A stretch of DNA of 64,000 bases, taken from IMG/VR virus record IMGVR_UViG_3300037488_003116; one strand, 5' to 3'. The DNA comes from an uncultured virus (IMG/VR IMGVR_UViG_3300037488_003116). Its lineage: Duplodnaviria; Heunggongvirae; Uroviricota; Caudoviricetes. The stretch's first letter is position 1. Every line of letters begins with the position of its first letter. The position numbers and the translations under genes are program-made. Of this stretch, positions 9,422-19,678 are shown piece by piece. The notes below the pieces were generated by a model. The model made no database searches and was not told where the DNA came from. It saw only the letters and a list, made by a program, of their open reading frames with translations.

Positions 9422-10447
9422 TCAGACAAATGCTTCTCGTCTTTTTATGGTTTTGTAGTGCTTCAGGGCATCATCACAATAAAAGTCATACATGCTGACG
9501 CCGTCCTCTTCGGAGTAAATGTCTACCCCGTCTTCCCTGTACCCGTTGATAAGGGTCTCTAAACTGGTAAGCTCCTCTTCGGTTATCTCCTTCTTCACGA
9601 AAGCCAGCCCTACCCTTGCAGGCAAGCACCGGTCCGCAACGACCTTGTTAATAGCCTCAAGTTTCGTGATGTCCGAGATCTTGTTCTCAACGGCACAGAT
9701 GCAAGTCTCAGGCTCATAGCCCATCTCGAAGTACTTCTTCAAAGCCTTAACCGTGCCCTTAAACCTACTGGCGCTGACCTTATGATCTACAAGGTAGTCC
9801 GTAAGCTCCTCGGGCAGACCAAGCTTCTCGATCTCCTCCTTGAGGGTCTTCTCCAGGTTATCATTCTTAGCATCAGCCTCATATCCGGCCAGGTCCAGTT
9901 CAATCCCCTTGAACGTAGGAGTCAGTTCAGGATAGAACTGTGAAACAGTTTCCAGAAACCTCATCCGGTTCCAGAAGAGTGCCTCCTTATGAAGAGCCCA
10001 TTGAATTTTCATGTACCGGATAAAGTTAGAGCAAAGCGTTGCACCATAATCCTCCGTGCATTTGGGTGCCCATCGCATGGTCGTATCAAGTACCTTACCG
10101 CTCTTCCAGTCCTCATACCAAGCTTTATAGGCATCATTGTCCGGATCACCCTCCCACTTCTCGGGATTATCAATGAACCGATCATAGAACTGATACATGG
10201 GATCATTGCTATCCTTGGCTATCAGTCTGAGCCGCGCTTCCCGCTCACTCTGCTTATTATCGTAGGCCTTTTCCCGGTCTGCGTTAGTTACTATCCGGAA
10301 AGGACGGAACAGGATTTCCAGAAAGACCTGGAATATCCATAAGATAACAAAACCAATCAAGAGAAGGAACACTTGATTCATAGCCTTCTCACCAGCAGTA
10401 GGCTCTCTCCTCGGCTGAATCAGATTTCTATGCGCTGCATAGTCCAT
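9422..10447 (-). CDS. Hypothetical protein with an N-terminal transmembrane helix
   Basis: 341 aa; hydrophobic stretch VFLLLIGFVILWIFQVFL. Confidence 0.65.
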   Translation of the reverse strand: MDYAAHRNLIQPRREPTAGEKAMNQVFLLLIGFVILWIFQVFLEILFRPFRIVTNADREKAYDNKQSEREARLRLIAKDSNDPMYQFYDRFIDNPEKWEGDPDNDAYKAWYEDWKSGKVLDTTMRWAPKCTEDYGATLCSNFIRYMKIQWALHKEALFWNRMRFLETVSQFYPELTPTFKGIELDLAGYEADAKNDNLEKTLKEEIEKLGLPEELTDYLVDHKVSASRFKGTVKALKKYFEMGYEPETCICAVENKISDITKLEAINKVVADRCLPARVGLAFVKKEITEEELTSLETLINGYREDGVDIYSEEDGVSMYDFYCDDALKHYKTIKRREAFV

Positions 10448-10456
10448 ATTATCTCC

Positions 10457-10762
10457 TTAGTTACCGTACAACTCTTTTCGATAGGCCTCTTCATTGGCCT
10501 TCTCCTCCTTAAGGTTCTTGATCATCTGGCCAGCAGTGACATGATGATCAACACCGGACACCTTGCAGAGAAGCGCCTCAAGGGCATACTTGCCCCCGAG
10601 GAAGCAAAGAATAACAAATACTATAAAGTAGATCAACCGGAAGAGTTTCTTACTGGTAGCCCCCTTTTGATTGAGAGCCTCAAGCTCTTCCGGCTGATAA
10701 ACTATCGCTTCAAGTTTGACATCCTTGGTAAATTTTACATCATCAAGAAAACTTCTGTCCAT
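10457..10762 (-). CDS. Small membrane protein
   Basis: Single hydrophobic helix; coupled to the FtsK stop codon. Confidence 0.55.
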   Translation of the reverse strand: MDRSFLDDVKFTKDVKLEAIVYQPEELEALNQKGATSKKLFRLIYFIVFVILCFLGGKYALEALLCKVSGVDHHVTAGQMIKNLKEEKANEEAYRKELYGN

Positions 10763-11934
10763 TAGATCCCCCTTTTGATAAAGGTAGTCACCGCCCGAAC
10801 TTCCTCGTCACTGACCCAGGCCCCGTGAGCCCGGACAGGTTCTGAGAGTCCGGGATACATCATAAGCATGTCTCCCCGACCAATCAGCTTCTCCGCTCCA
10901 TTGCAATCCAAAATAACCCTTGAGTCACTCTGACAGGCAACCTGGAACGCAATCCGAGAAGGCATGTTGGACTTTATCAGCCCAGTGATCACAGACACAA
11001 TCGGCTTCTGAGTCGCCAGAACCAAATGGATTCCCACGGCTCGGGCCAGTTGAGCCAGCCGGACAATCATCTTCTCCAGTGCCTTACCACTGGTCATGAG
11101 CAGGTCCGCAAGCTCATCACAGACCACGACGATATAAGGCATCTTCTCAGTGCCCATGGCATTGAAGCTCTCAATATTTCGAGCCTCACGTCGCTCCAGT
11201 AGTTTGTACCGAGACTCCATCTCTTCAATCAGAGACTCGAATACTTCCGCGGCCATCTCAGGATCATTCACAACCGGACGCCAGAGATGGGGGATGTTCC
11301 GGTAGGCTGCCAGTTCAACCCTCTTGGGATCAATCAGAACCAACCGGCACTCCTCAGGAGTCTTCGTATATAAGATAGACAGAATGATGCTGTTCAGACA
11401 CACAGACTTACCACTGCCGGTCGCCCCGGCAACCAGTAAGTGGGGCATCTTCGCCAGATCAATCGTCTTGGCCTCACCCGTAGTAGTTACGCCTACGGCA
11501 AGGGGAAGTATGTACTCTCTGTCTACCTTACTCAGGACAGCCTTTAAAGCAATCGTAGAGGGCTTGTCGTTGGCAAACTCAATCCCTACCAGTGAGGTCC
11601 CCGGAATGGGAGCCTGAATCCTGACATTCTGAGTCATAAGAGCTATGGCCAGGTCTTCCGAAACCGTCCGGACCTGACTCAGTTTGACACCCTTAGCCAG
11701 TCTAATCTCGTACCGGGTAACAACCGGTCCCCGGCTGATGTGTACAACCTCACCCTGAAGACCGAACTCAGCCATTTTATCTTCCAGGACTTCAACAGGA
11801 ACTTCATTCTCGGAATGGCCATAGGTGTAGTCCTTCAGCAGGTCCAGGGTAGGATAGGAATATTTACGGGGCTTAAAAATGTTCAGGCCCTTTATAGCCG
11901 ATATTTTCTTCAGAAGAGAAGTAGTATCATTCAT
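10762..11934 (-). CDS. ftsK: FtsK/SpoIIIE-family DNA translocase motor (alpha/beta domains only)
   Basis: Motifs GPVVTRYE, PHLLVAGATGSGKS, LIDPKRVEL, VVCDELADL and RAVGIHLVLATQKP; GGAGG RBS before the ATG at 11934. Confidence 0.92.
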   Translation of the reverse strand: MNDTTSLLKKISAIKGLNIFKPRKYSYPTLDLLKDYTYGHSENEVPVEVLEDKMAEFGLQGEVVHISRGPVVTRYEIRLAKGVKLSQVRTVSEDLAIALMTQNVRIQAPIPGTSLVGIEFANDKPSTIALKAVLSKVDREYILPLAVGVTTTGEAKTIDLAKMPHLLVAGATGSGKSVCLNSIILSILYTKTPEECRLVLIDPKRVELAAYRNIPHLWRPVVNDPEMAAEVFESLIEEMESRYKLLERREARNIESFNAMGTEKMPYIVVVCDELADLLMTSGKALEKMIVRLAQLARAVGIHLVLATQKPIVSVITGLIKSNMPSRIAFQVACQSDSRVILDCNGAEKLIGRGDMLMMYPGLSEPVRAHGAWVSDEEVRAVTTFIKRGI

Positions 11935-12011
11935 TCTGAACCTCCAGTTCAAACACCTTTTAATAATCCTTTAATAAGTAATAAGTATTATACCCTTTTA
12001 AAGGCTCAAGG

Positions 12012-12548
12012 ATGCTTAAGATTTATTTGGATATGGACGACACAATTACTGGTTTCTCAGAGGCGGTCAAGGCTCTTGGTGCAGGTTCAGGCCTTGATAT
12101 GGATGCTCTTGATGAAGACCGACAGAGAATGTACACGGCAATAGAGGAAGCTGGAGAAGAGTTCTGGGCGAAGATGCCCTGGAAAGAAGAAGGAAAAGAA
12201 CTGTGGAATTTCCTCAAGCCTTATCATCCTGTCCTGTTGTCCTCACCAGGTAAGTTCAGGGATGCAGAGCCAGGTAAACAGACCTGGGTCAACCGGGAGC
12301 TTCCTGGGGTGACGCTTATCTGCGACGCCGAGAAGTACCGATATGCTGAACGTGGATCTATTCTGATCGATGATATGAAAGATAACATTGAGGCGTGGAA
12401 GGAAGCCGGAGGCACCGGTATTCTCTTTACCAGTGTCTCCGATACGAAAGAAAAGTTAAAAGATCTGCTCAAGAAGCCCGTAATAAAGATGCGTACTCTT
12501 GCCGAAGAAGTGAAAGCTATTAGCATGAAAGTCGGCCATGGAAGATAA
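12012..12548 (+). CDS. HAD-family 5'(3')-deoxyribonucleotidase-like protein
   Basis: Motifs IYLDMDDTITGF, LSSPG, K, ILIDD and W.EAGG.GI. Confidence 0.85.
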   Translation: MLKIYLDMDDTITGFSEAVKALGAGSGLDMDALDEDRQRMYTAIEEAGEEFWAKMPWKEEGKELWNFLKPYHPVLLSSPGKFRDAEPGKQTWVNRELPGVTLICDAEKYRYAERGSILIDDMKDNIEAWKEAGGTGILFTSVSDTKEKLKDLLKKPVIKMRTLAEEVKAISMKVGHGR

Positions 12549-12663
12549 TCATGTTCACGAATTCGAAACATTTCAGGACGGCTTTTATATTTGTAGCTGT
12601 GGTGAGTCGGTTACAGAATCCTCAATGATAGAGGATCGTGATTCTCTTAATCAGTTGAAAGAC

Positions 12664-13104
12664 CTACCGAAGAAACAGGTTGTATGAACTGCCGTCTGCC
12701 CCAATAATTTGTAGCTTATATCTGCATTCTATACTATCCAGCATGTCCGGGGGCATCTGAACCAGGAAAAAATAAAGGGTTGGAGTGAATATGATCAGGT
12801 AGGGGGCTTCATTTCTCATGGCCCCGTATACTCCTGTTGTTGGGTATTCCTCGCCGAGATACTCTATGGCATCTGATTTGATTTTACCCAACCTCCCACC
12901 ACCTATTGCATCCACCCCACTGTCATCATTTTTGGCTACAGCAATTATTGGCATTTGCATTTTTCTAGGAATACTATCGAGTGGAAAGATATTTACCATG
13001 CCCATGTCTTGCATCACTTTAATTTGTTCAAGCGGATCAAGCAGGTCAAGCAGGCTACCTAGTACTACCCAGGTCATGATCAGAAGCATAGGGAGTGCTT
13101 TCAT
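12664..13104 (-). CDS. Hypothetical protein, possibly exported
   Basis: Hydrophobic N-terminus; coupled ORF. Confidence 0.5.
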   Translation of the reverse strand: MKALPMLLIMTWVVLGSLLDLLDPLEQIKVMQDMGMVNIFPLDSIPRKMQMPIIAVAKNDDSGVDAIGGGRLGKIKSDAIEYLGEEYPTTGVYGAMRNEAPYLIIFTPTLYFFLVQMPPDMLDSIECRYKLQIIGADGSSYNLFLR

Positions 13105-13505
13105 ACCTTTACCCTCCTTTTGTTAGCTCTTACTTTTTCTAACTCCTTCTTAGCCTTGACCATGTGAATGCTCGCCGGATATACCGTATAGAAGGAACTT
13201 CCTACCTGAACCTGAACAACTTTGTTGGGGGAAAAATAATGGGTCACTTTGGCGAGACTGTCTTTGTCTTGAAGTCTGACCCGGCACATCTCATCAAGCA
13301 CGACGGGTTTGCCATCGGCGTCTCTGATGCCCCGGATCTTTTTCTGGTTCATTCTACCTCTTTTCGGGCTTCAAAAACCTTGGCTCGATACTCTTCATAT
13401 CGAGGAAAAGTCCTCTTAACTTTTGCAAGTATTCTTAAAGCCACAGCAAATGACTTGTTTTCAATGCACTCGTCAAGGATCTTGACCACACTATCATCAA
13501 AAGGG

Positions 13506-13928
13506 TTACCACTCATTATGTTGGCTTCTGATCCATCGCAGACTGATCCACAGATGAAGCCGTGCCCATATGGGACCCTTAGCTGTGATCCGATACGAGC
13601 CATCTTTCCTGCGTCTTATGCTCAGCGAGAGCACCTTACGCATGTTCGCACTCATATGCTTCAAGGTCTCAATCATCTCATCATAAGCATCCTTGGGCAT
13701 GAGCCATTGCATCTTCTCACCTGTCTGTTTATCCTCGAAGTTGACCAAGACCTTAGTAAGGGGTTTATTACCCGAAGCACATACAGGGCAAGAACCTGGG
13801 ACTAAGACCGGGTAAGGGGTACGTTTTTTGACTCTGACCCAGTGCGTAGGCAGAGGAGCTTTATCAGGATTCAGGAGTCGAACTGTCATCGGCTTACCAA
13901 GAGTAAAGTTACTCATTATTCGGTCCAT
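13506..13928 (-). CDS. Zn-binding hypothetical protein, possibly a gp32-like ssDNA-binding fragment
   Basis: HW...CPVC followed by a beta-rich segment; the resemblance is weak. Confidence 0.35.
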   Translation of the reverse strand: MDRIMSNFTLGKPMTVRLLNPDKAPLPTHWVRVKKRTPYPVLVPGSCPVCASGNKPLTKVLVNFEDKQTGEKMQWLMPKDAYDEMIETLKHMSANMRKVLSLSIRRRKDGSYRITAKGPIWARLHLWISLRWIRSQHNEW

Positions 13929-14212
13929 ATTTTTTTGGTCTCCATGTTAAGTTCGGAGTCAAGAACTCTGCCGTACTCTTCCAGAATTGTGTTCTCCATT
14001 GTCAGTCGTGTGGTCTCATTAATGGGATGGGCTATATCCTGAAATTTCCCGTCCGATTTTCTTCTTGATGGCATTGTAATAAACAAGCCACTGTGCCCTG
14101 AGAGAATTTTCAGTCCTTTCACAACAAAGCAACCATCGAGGACGATGCTTACATAGGCCCTGACGGTATCGGAATTACGCTCCAATGAGATATTGGTTTC
14201 AGTAATCTCCAT
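13916..14212 (-). CDS. spoVG: SpoVG-family nucleic-acid-binding protein
   Basis: MEITE...RAYVSIVLDGCFVVKGLKI...GLFITMPSR......FQDIAHPIN..R. Confidence 0.93.
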   Translation of the reverse strand: MEITETNISLERNSDTVRAYVSIVLDGCFVVKGLKILSGHSGLFITMPSRRKSDGKFQDIAHPINETTRLTMENTILEEYGRVLDSELNMETKKIWTE

Positions 14213-14215
14213 AAT

Positions 14216-14641
14216 TTATCCTTTCATTGTGTAGCCGTGCTTCGCTAAGATAATCCCGGCATGACGGAGCACATTCTTTTTTGACTTCACGCAGATTGTG
14301 ATCTTCTCCCCTGTCAACTCCAGGACTTTTGCAATGATATCCTTGGAAGCCAGGCCATCAAAGCTTACAAGGTTTACTGATGCCTCTTTCGGTTCTACTA
14401 TTTCGAGTACGGGTTCCGTGGTCTCGATTCCTAATTCTGGTTCCATTGTTTCAGTTCCTATTGTTTCAGGCTCGGGAGTAGGGGTTATGATCTTTGTTCT
14501 TTTTGAGAGTTTGACTTTTACTTTGGCCGGGGCGAGGAGAATTTTTTTGTCGGGATTCTTATCATCGTTACCGTAGATTTTGTAAAACTTATCAAGTTCT
14601 ACGTACGCTTTCTGGACTATTGCTTCAAGTTTATCACTCAA
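14216..14641 (-). CDS. Hypothetical protein with a Pro/Glu-rich linker
   Basis: 141-aa ORF with an RBS. Confidence 0.55.
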   Translation of the reverse strand: MSDKLEAIVQKAYVELDKFYKIYGNDDKNPDKKILLAPAKVKVKLSKRTKIITPTPEPETIGTETMEPELGIETTEPVLEIVEPKEASVNLVSFDGLASKDIIAKVLELTGEKITICVKSKKNVLRHAGIILAKHGYTMKG

Positions 14642-14947
14642 TTTTACTCTCTCCGATCTATGGGTTTCTATTTAGCAGATTTTAAATATACTTGATTACG
14701 ACCTCCTGTTTAAAGGGGTTTCAGAAGAAAATGGGCTATTTATGCCCCCGGCCTCGTGAGATCGGCTTTTCTTTACTACCCACATCATTAACTAAAGCAA
14801 AAAAGAATTTTGTGACCTTAATAACTATCATAACGCTAAGGCCCACAGAAACGGGAAGTATGACAAAGGGAAATGATACCCAGAAAAGAAGTGAAAGGCC
14901 ATTCCAGAGTTCTTCACCCATGATAATCCTCCTGATGAATTGTTTTC

Positions 14948-15223
14948 TTACGCCTCCTCAACTTTGGTGGGGAGTCCTATCTCTCCGAGTACCGACGCCA
15001 CATGCTCGCATCTTTCAAAATTACTGGTTATCACCACAGCACTTCCAGTCGTATGGGCTGTCATCGCAATGTCATTCGCTTTGCTACGATCGCAGTGAAT
15101 GGCTTTTATGATTTGGGTAATAACATCTCCAATATAATGCCTGTCATTGAATAGAATGGCCTTATGTGGTCTCCCTAGCGAGATTTTCGTAATCGTCCTG
15201 ACTTTATCCAGTGTCTGAACCAT
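14948..15223 (-). CDS. clpS: ClpS-like N-degron adaptor
   Basis: Motifs ILFNDRH, V..QI.KA, A..IAMTAHTTGSAVV and GL. Confidence 0.8.
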   Translation of the reverse strand: MVQTLDKVRTITKISLGRPHKAILFNDRHYIGDVITQIIKAIHCDRSKANDIAMTAHTTGSAVVITSNFERCEHVASVLGEIGLPTKVEEA

Positions 15224-15554
15224 GTCTCCCTCTCATTCTGCACTCCTTTTTCGGTGATGAATCTGTTTGATTTTCTTTTCTGTGCAGATTGCATCTATCA
15301 CAAAACTGTCTGACATCCTCCCTGCCACAAATGTGGGAGAGATACGTGTGATAGTTTGCCTCTTTTTATTCAGTTGATCCTTGAACTTCAGGTAATCCTT
15401 ACATTCAATGACGTAGGAAAATAGTTTGTATTGTGTTTCAAGATAGTCCATTTATTCACTCGCTTCATCTGAGTGGCACCCCCCACATTTAGGACAGGTT
15501 GGTCCCCAATGCTGGAGAGGGGCCCAAAAGAAGATATGCCCACAGTGACCACAT

Positions 15555-16112
15555 TTATACTGCATTCTTTTTCCTCCTGACTGGCGGAATCAGAGAAACC
15601 TGAATCTCAGCTCCTTTTTTAGCCTCACCCAGTACTGCATGAGAATCAGATTCCTGACAGCCCCACTCGGTATCCGGGTCCCAGTCCCCGTCATAGGCCT
15701 CGTAAACTTCGCTGAGTCTGGACTCAAGGTCTCTCCGACTCTTTGCCTCAACCACAACCGTAGCAGTCTCCCGTACCAGGCGACCCAGGCAAACCTCAAA
15801 CTTCTCCATTCCCCTGGTGGACTTTCTCCTGGCCTTGATACTGGTTTTGAGGGGCGGTATTATCTTAGGAACTGAGACCAAGGAGAACTGTTTCTTGGCG
15901 AGTTCATATTTTTTCCATCGGGACTCAAAATTACTGTGGCCAAAAGATCTCTCGTCCCAGTCAAAAAATGCCCAGGTCAGGAACCCCCGGACATCCATGG
16001 CTTCTTTAGGGGTAAGATGTTCTTCAATACAGGACATCACGTTTTTTAAATGTAGGCCACAATCTTTAACAGCTTGAATAACCAGAGGTCTTATTTTGGA
16101 ATTGCGTGGCAT
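15555..16112 (-). CDS. Hypothetical protein
   Basis: 185-aa ORF in a co-directional gene run. Confidence 0.55.
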   Translation of the reverse strand: MPRNSKIRPLVIQAVKDCGLHLKNVMSCIEEHLTPKEAMDVRGFLTWAFFDWDERSFGHSNFESRWKKYELAKKQFSLVSVPKIIPPLKTSIKARRKSTRGMEKFEVCLGRLVRETATVVVEAKSRRDLESRLSEVYEAYDGDWDPDTEWGCQESDSHAVLGEAKKGAEIQVSLIPPVRRKKNAV

Positions 16113-16570
16113 GTGAGCCCCTATTTTGAGATGAACGTGTTAGATTCTATACGTGAAGACTTCCCGGTACTGACTGTAAAATTCGTGGTCGAACAGCTTC
16201 CGATGAGTTTATCATTCTCGTCAACCACAAAATATACCCGATCGACTCCTCCTACCAGTAATTTCTTGAGATAGATGCCTTCACTAATTTTCTTCTTTCC
16301 GAAGTTCTCAATATTCTGATTCTCAATCCTGGCTACGCAAGATATGAGAAGAGACATCACCAACACAATCATAATTTTCATAATGACTCCTTTTTAGTTT
16401 TATGATAGTTAATATGATGTTGGATGTTATTGGCAAAGAGTAATACGAACACACCGCCTACTCCATACCAACCACAGCCTTTCCAAAGCAGATAAAAACC
16501 CAGTGGCCATAAAATAAGTAGGGCTACACATGCGCCTATTGGCAAACAATCTAAGAGAATTTTCATGCTT

Positions 16571-16936
16571 TTACCATTCATAGGTTTCGAGATCCTCATA
16601 AGAGATGCCGTCACAGTCAAACTGGACATACTTGCATCCCAGTTCCTTGGCCCGTTTGAGAATGGCCAGAAACTGGGTCGAGTATCCATAGCTCAGATAT
16701 CCATACTCCCCCTCCCCGGAATCAACCTCCCGAACGCCTTCTTCGTCGCAGTAGACGAAATAACCCTCCGTATATGTGCAGTAGGCAACAACGGGATTCG
16801 CATTGTGAGGCTCATCTTTGCTCGCCTCTTCCAGAAGGCTATTATCCTTCTCGGTAAGGTGACCCGTGTTTATGTCCAGGCACTTTACCATAAAGGGATT
16901 CTCACTCAATTTGTAGGTAGCCGGTTTCACACTCAT
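16571..16936 (-). CDS. Hypothetical phage protein
   Basis: LDINTGHLTEKD...FDCDG pattern; coupled to neighbours. Confidence 0.55.
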   Translation of the reverse strand: MSVKPATYKLSENPFMVKCLDINTGHLTEKDNSLLEEASKDEPHNANPVVAYCTYTEGYFVYCDEEGVREVDSGEGEYGYLSYGYSTQFLAILKRAKELGCKYVQFDCDGISYEDLETYEW

Positions 16937-17532
16937 TGTTTGATCCTTTTGTTACAAAGTTCGATCACCCGTTTCAACTTGATAGGCTGATAGTTCAACT
17001 CCTCTAGCGAGATCAGGTAGTGCCTGGGAGTCAGCAGGTTGTAGTAATGGGGCTCCATCTCTGCCACCTTCTCAAGACCGAAGTCATGGAAATGACCGTG
17101 AATGTTCAGGTCATACTTAAACGATGCCATGTGAGTCCCTGTGCCCCCATCAGGGGTAGTGTAAGGAATCATACTGGTTCCTTCTATCAACTGAGGGGCA
17201 TGCGAGAGAAGTATCCTCTTCCCAAACGCAGTCAGAGTCATGCTGTTACCAACCCAGTCCCAGCCCCGTTCCAGGTACCAGGACTCGGATCTCTTATCGT
17301 GATTGCCGTTGACCAGCCATTTCTTACCAGGGAGGGAACAGAGTTCTCTATTCCAAAAATCCTCCCGCTCGAAACTTACATCACCCAGATGGATCAGCAC
17401 ATCAGTAAACTTCAAGACATTTCTCAGGGCCCTGATAATTTTCTCACTGAATCCCGCAGGCCGACATTTATCTTCCACCAGGGCATCATGCCCGAGATGC
17501 GTATCCGTAGTAAGCCATGCGTCCAATCCCAC
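16933..17532 (-). CDS. Calcineurin-like metallophosphoesterase
   Basis: Motifs TDTHLGH, HLGDV, GNHD, LSHAP and HGHFH. Confidence 0.9.
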   Translation of the reverse strand: MGLDAWLTTDTHLGHDALVEDKCRPAGFSEKIIRALRNVLKFTDVLIHLGDVSFEREDFWNRELCSLPGKKWLVNGNHDKRSESWYLERGWDWVGNSMTLTAFGKRILLSHAPQLIEGTSMIPYTTPDGGTGTHMASFKYDLNIHGHFHDFGLEKVAEMEPHYYNLLTPRHYLISLEELNYQPIKLKRVIELCNKRIKQ

Positions 17533-17614
17533 CCCCTTAGAGTAACTTAGCTAGATCTGTCCAACTGTACCGGCGCTTTTTGCTCTTCCCATGGCGCAAT
17601 GCGTTGTACTGGTG

Positions 17615-17944
17615 TCACTTAGATGGAATACTCATAAGAACAAATCCAACGATCACAATTGAAAAACCAAGAATATTAGTTAAAGACATAACTTTAAAAC
17701 CTGATTTTGAAAAAATAGCCATAGCTATTGCACAAACAATAAACATGAGCACATCATAAATCATACAATCAAAGACAATACGTTTTGAAAAAATACTTAT
17801 TAAAGGAAGAAGAGGTAATGCTCGAATAAAAGAGTACAGTATGAACATTTGAGGCGTTTTGAGTTCATTATTCAAAACAACTAATTTTGACAATATAACA
17901 AAGAAAATAAGACAACTAGGAATAACCCACAAATAATAAAACAT
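17615..17944 (-). CDS. AT-rich multi-pass membrane protein
   Basis: About four hydrophobic helices; lower GC than neighbours. Confidence 0.55.
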   Translation of the reverse strand: MFYYLWVIPSCLIFFVILSKLVVLNNELKTPQMFILYSFIRALPLLPLISIFSKRIVFDCMIYDVLMFIVCAIAMAIFSKSGFKVMSLTNILGFSIVIVGFVLMSIPSK

Positions 17945-18997
17945 AATATCCCTCTTTTCTGGTTATTGACTAGCCATTGCCTTTGATCCACTGGCTGTTT
18001 TCGTCACTCAGTTTCCCGATCTTACCCTTGTCGTTAAAAGCATTTATAACAATAGCGCTGTCACCAGCCTTACTGAGATCAAGAGACTTCATCGACGCTT
18101 TCGCTGAATGAACTTTCGCCATCAGTTAATCCCCCTCTTCAAATTCAATAAGGTCTTTGGCATACCAGAGAACATCTGCAAACTGTCGCTTGGCCACGTT
18201 TCTGTCGGCACCCAACAGATTCGGAAAGACAAGCCCGTAAAAAGCCCCATGACTATCGGAGACATCCACACAGATGCCTCTGAGGCCGGTCTCTTTGATC
18301 TTAGCTATTTTGTACAGCGGTGACTTGGCTGACGTGAGGTTGTCAATCTCAGCATGCAGTAAAGAATAGGGATGGTTAAGAATAGAATGGAGTGCATTCG
18401 GAAGCTTCTTGTCGAGGCAATCCCTGCATATAAAGACTTCCTGCACAGTCTTCAACTTATTGAATGTAACTCCTGCATGCCCTACGATCTTCCCAACGGA
18501 GAAGATATTCTCCGCCTCGTTCCCATCCTCGGGCTCAAGGTTGCCCACACGGACATTACGTCCTGTGAAGTAACCACATCGACCACCGCATTCGGCACAT
18601 AATACTTCAAGACTCATTTTCTTTTTCCCCTTTCATATCCTAAGAAATACGTCCATACGGATACCAGCACGTAGACTAGAATCAGATAGACACCCGCATA
18701 CCACAACCACCATTCCGGTATCCCCTTAGCTACAGCTATGAACCGCTCCCGGTATACAATCAAAATGATTGAATTTAAAAGAACAAGTACCATGACTACG
18801 CCCTGAAGCCATTTACTTAATTCATTTTGCATACTTCACCAGGCACCATTGGACATTCCCGGGTATCAGGCGACGCTTCAAGATACAGTTTGAGAGCATG
18901 CCATTTTTGAGCCAAATCGGAATGGGCCTCATCAGAGACATACAAAGCCATATTTACAACGGACACGCCCATGTCTTCAATCAGACTCTTCATTTGA

Positions 18998-19678
18998 TCA
19001 GTCATACAATTCCTCCTCACCATGGTGATTCTTTTCGAACCGTACCGGCAGAGCCTTATATGCACTCTTTGGTATCTGGTCCAGTTTATGTTGAAAACAA
19101 TCCCTTAAAAAGTCATCAGTGAACGGCGTCCGCCAGAACGCCTTCCATATCTCTTTGCCGTACCGAACTTTTGCAAACTCATTAAAAAATACCTTGTCCG
19201 TATAAAGCTTCTTCATATGAGGGGCATCAATACCTGTCAGAAAAAAACAACTGAATTCTTTCCGCTTATGACTCTCCGCATGACAGGTCTTCATGATCAA
19301 ATCAAGAACTCTACATCTTAACCTCATACCCAGGGACTCGGAAACTCGTAGCCCCCCTATCTCACATACCGGGAAGACGCTGGGGTCTATCTGAAGTAGC
19401 TTTCCAACCTTCAAGATGGCGGGAACCTCAGACCCGCTCTCGATCGCTTCAACAATCCCGTACTCTATAGGAAGCTTGTCTGTCTCTTTGAACTTACCTA
19501 TGAGCCGGGCTACCCCGACAATGGCATCGTTGAGATGCACTATTACGTACACTGTACGGTTGTTGTACTCCTGGTCATACTCACTGAGCCCTGAGAACCT
19601 GAAGGTCTCTAAAGCCTTTTTCATTCTCGGACTCATCATTCCATATTCAGTTATCAGAACCCCAAGAGGTTCAGACAT
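18998..19678 (-). CDS. Acyltransferase-fold protein (GNAT / acyl-homoserine-lactone-synthase-like)
   Basis: EYDQEY..TVYVIV....IVGVARL, LPIE and CEIGGLRV match the LuxI/FeeM layout. Confidence 0.5.
   Translation of the reverse strand: MSEPLGVLITEYGMMSPRMKKALETFRFSGLSEYDQEYNNRTVYVIVHLNDAIVGVARLIGKFKETDKLPIEYGIVEAIESGSEVPAILKVGKLLQIDPSVFPVCEIGGLRVSESLGMRLRCRVLDLIMKTCHAESHKRKEFSCFFLTGIDAPHMKKLYTDKVFFNEFAKVRYGKEIWKAFWRTPFTDDFLRDCFQHKLDQIPKSAYKALPVRFEKNHHGEEELYD

Noticed and set aside
17506..17520. 13/15 match to the GCAAGCCTTACTACG motif
   Set aside because: It lies inside the conserved WLTTDTH coding motif of the phosphoesterase and is likely coincidental.
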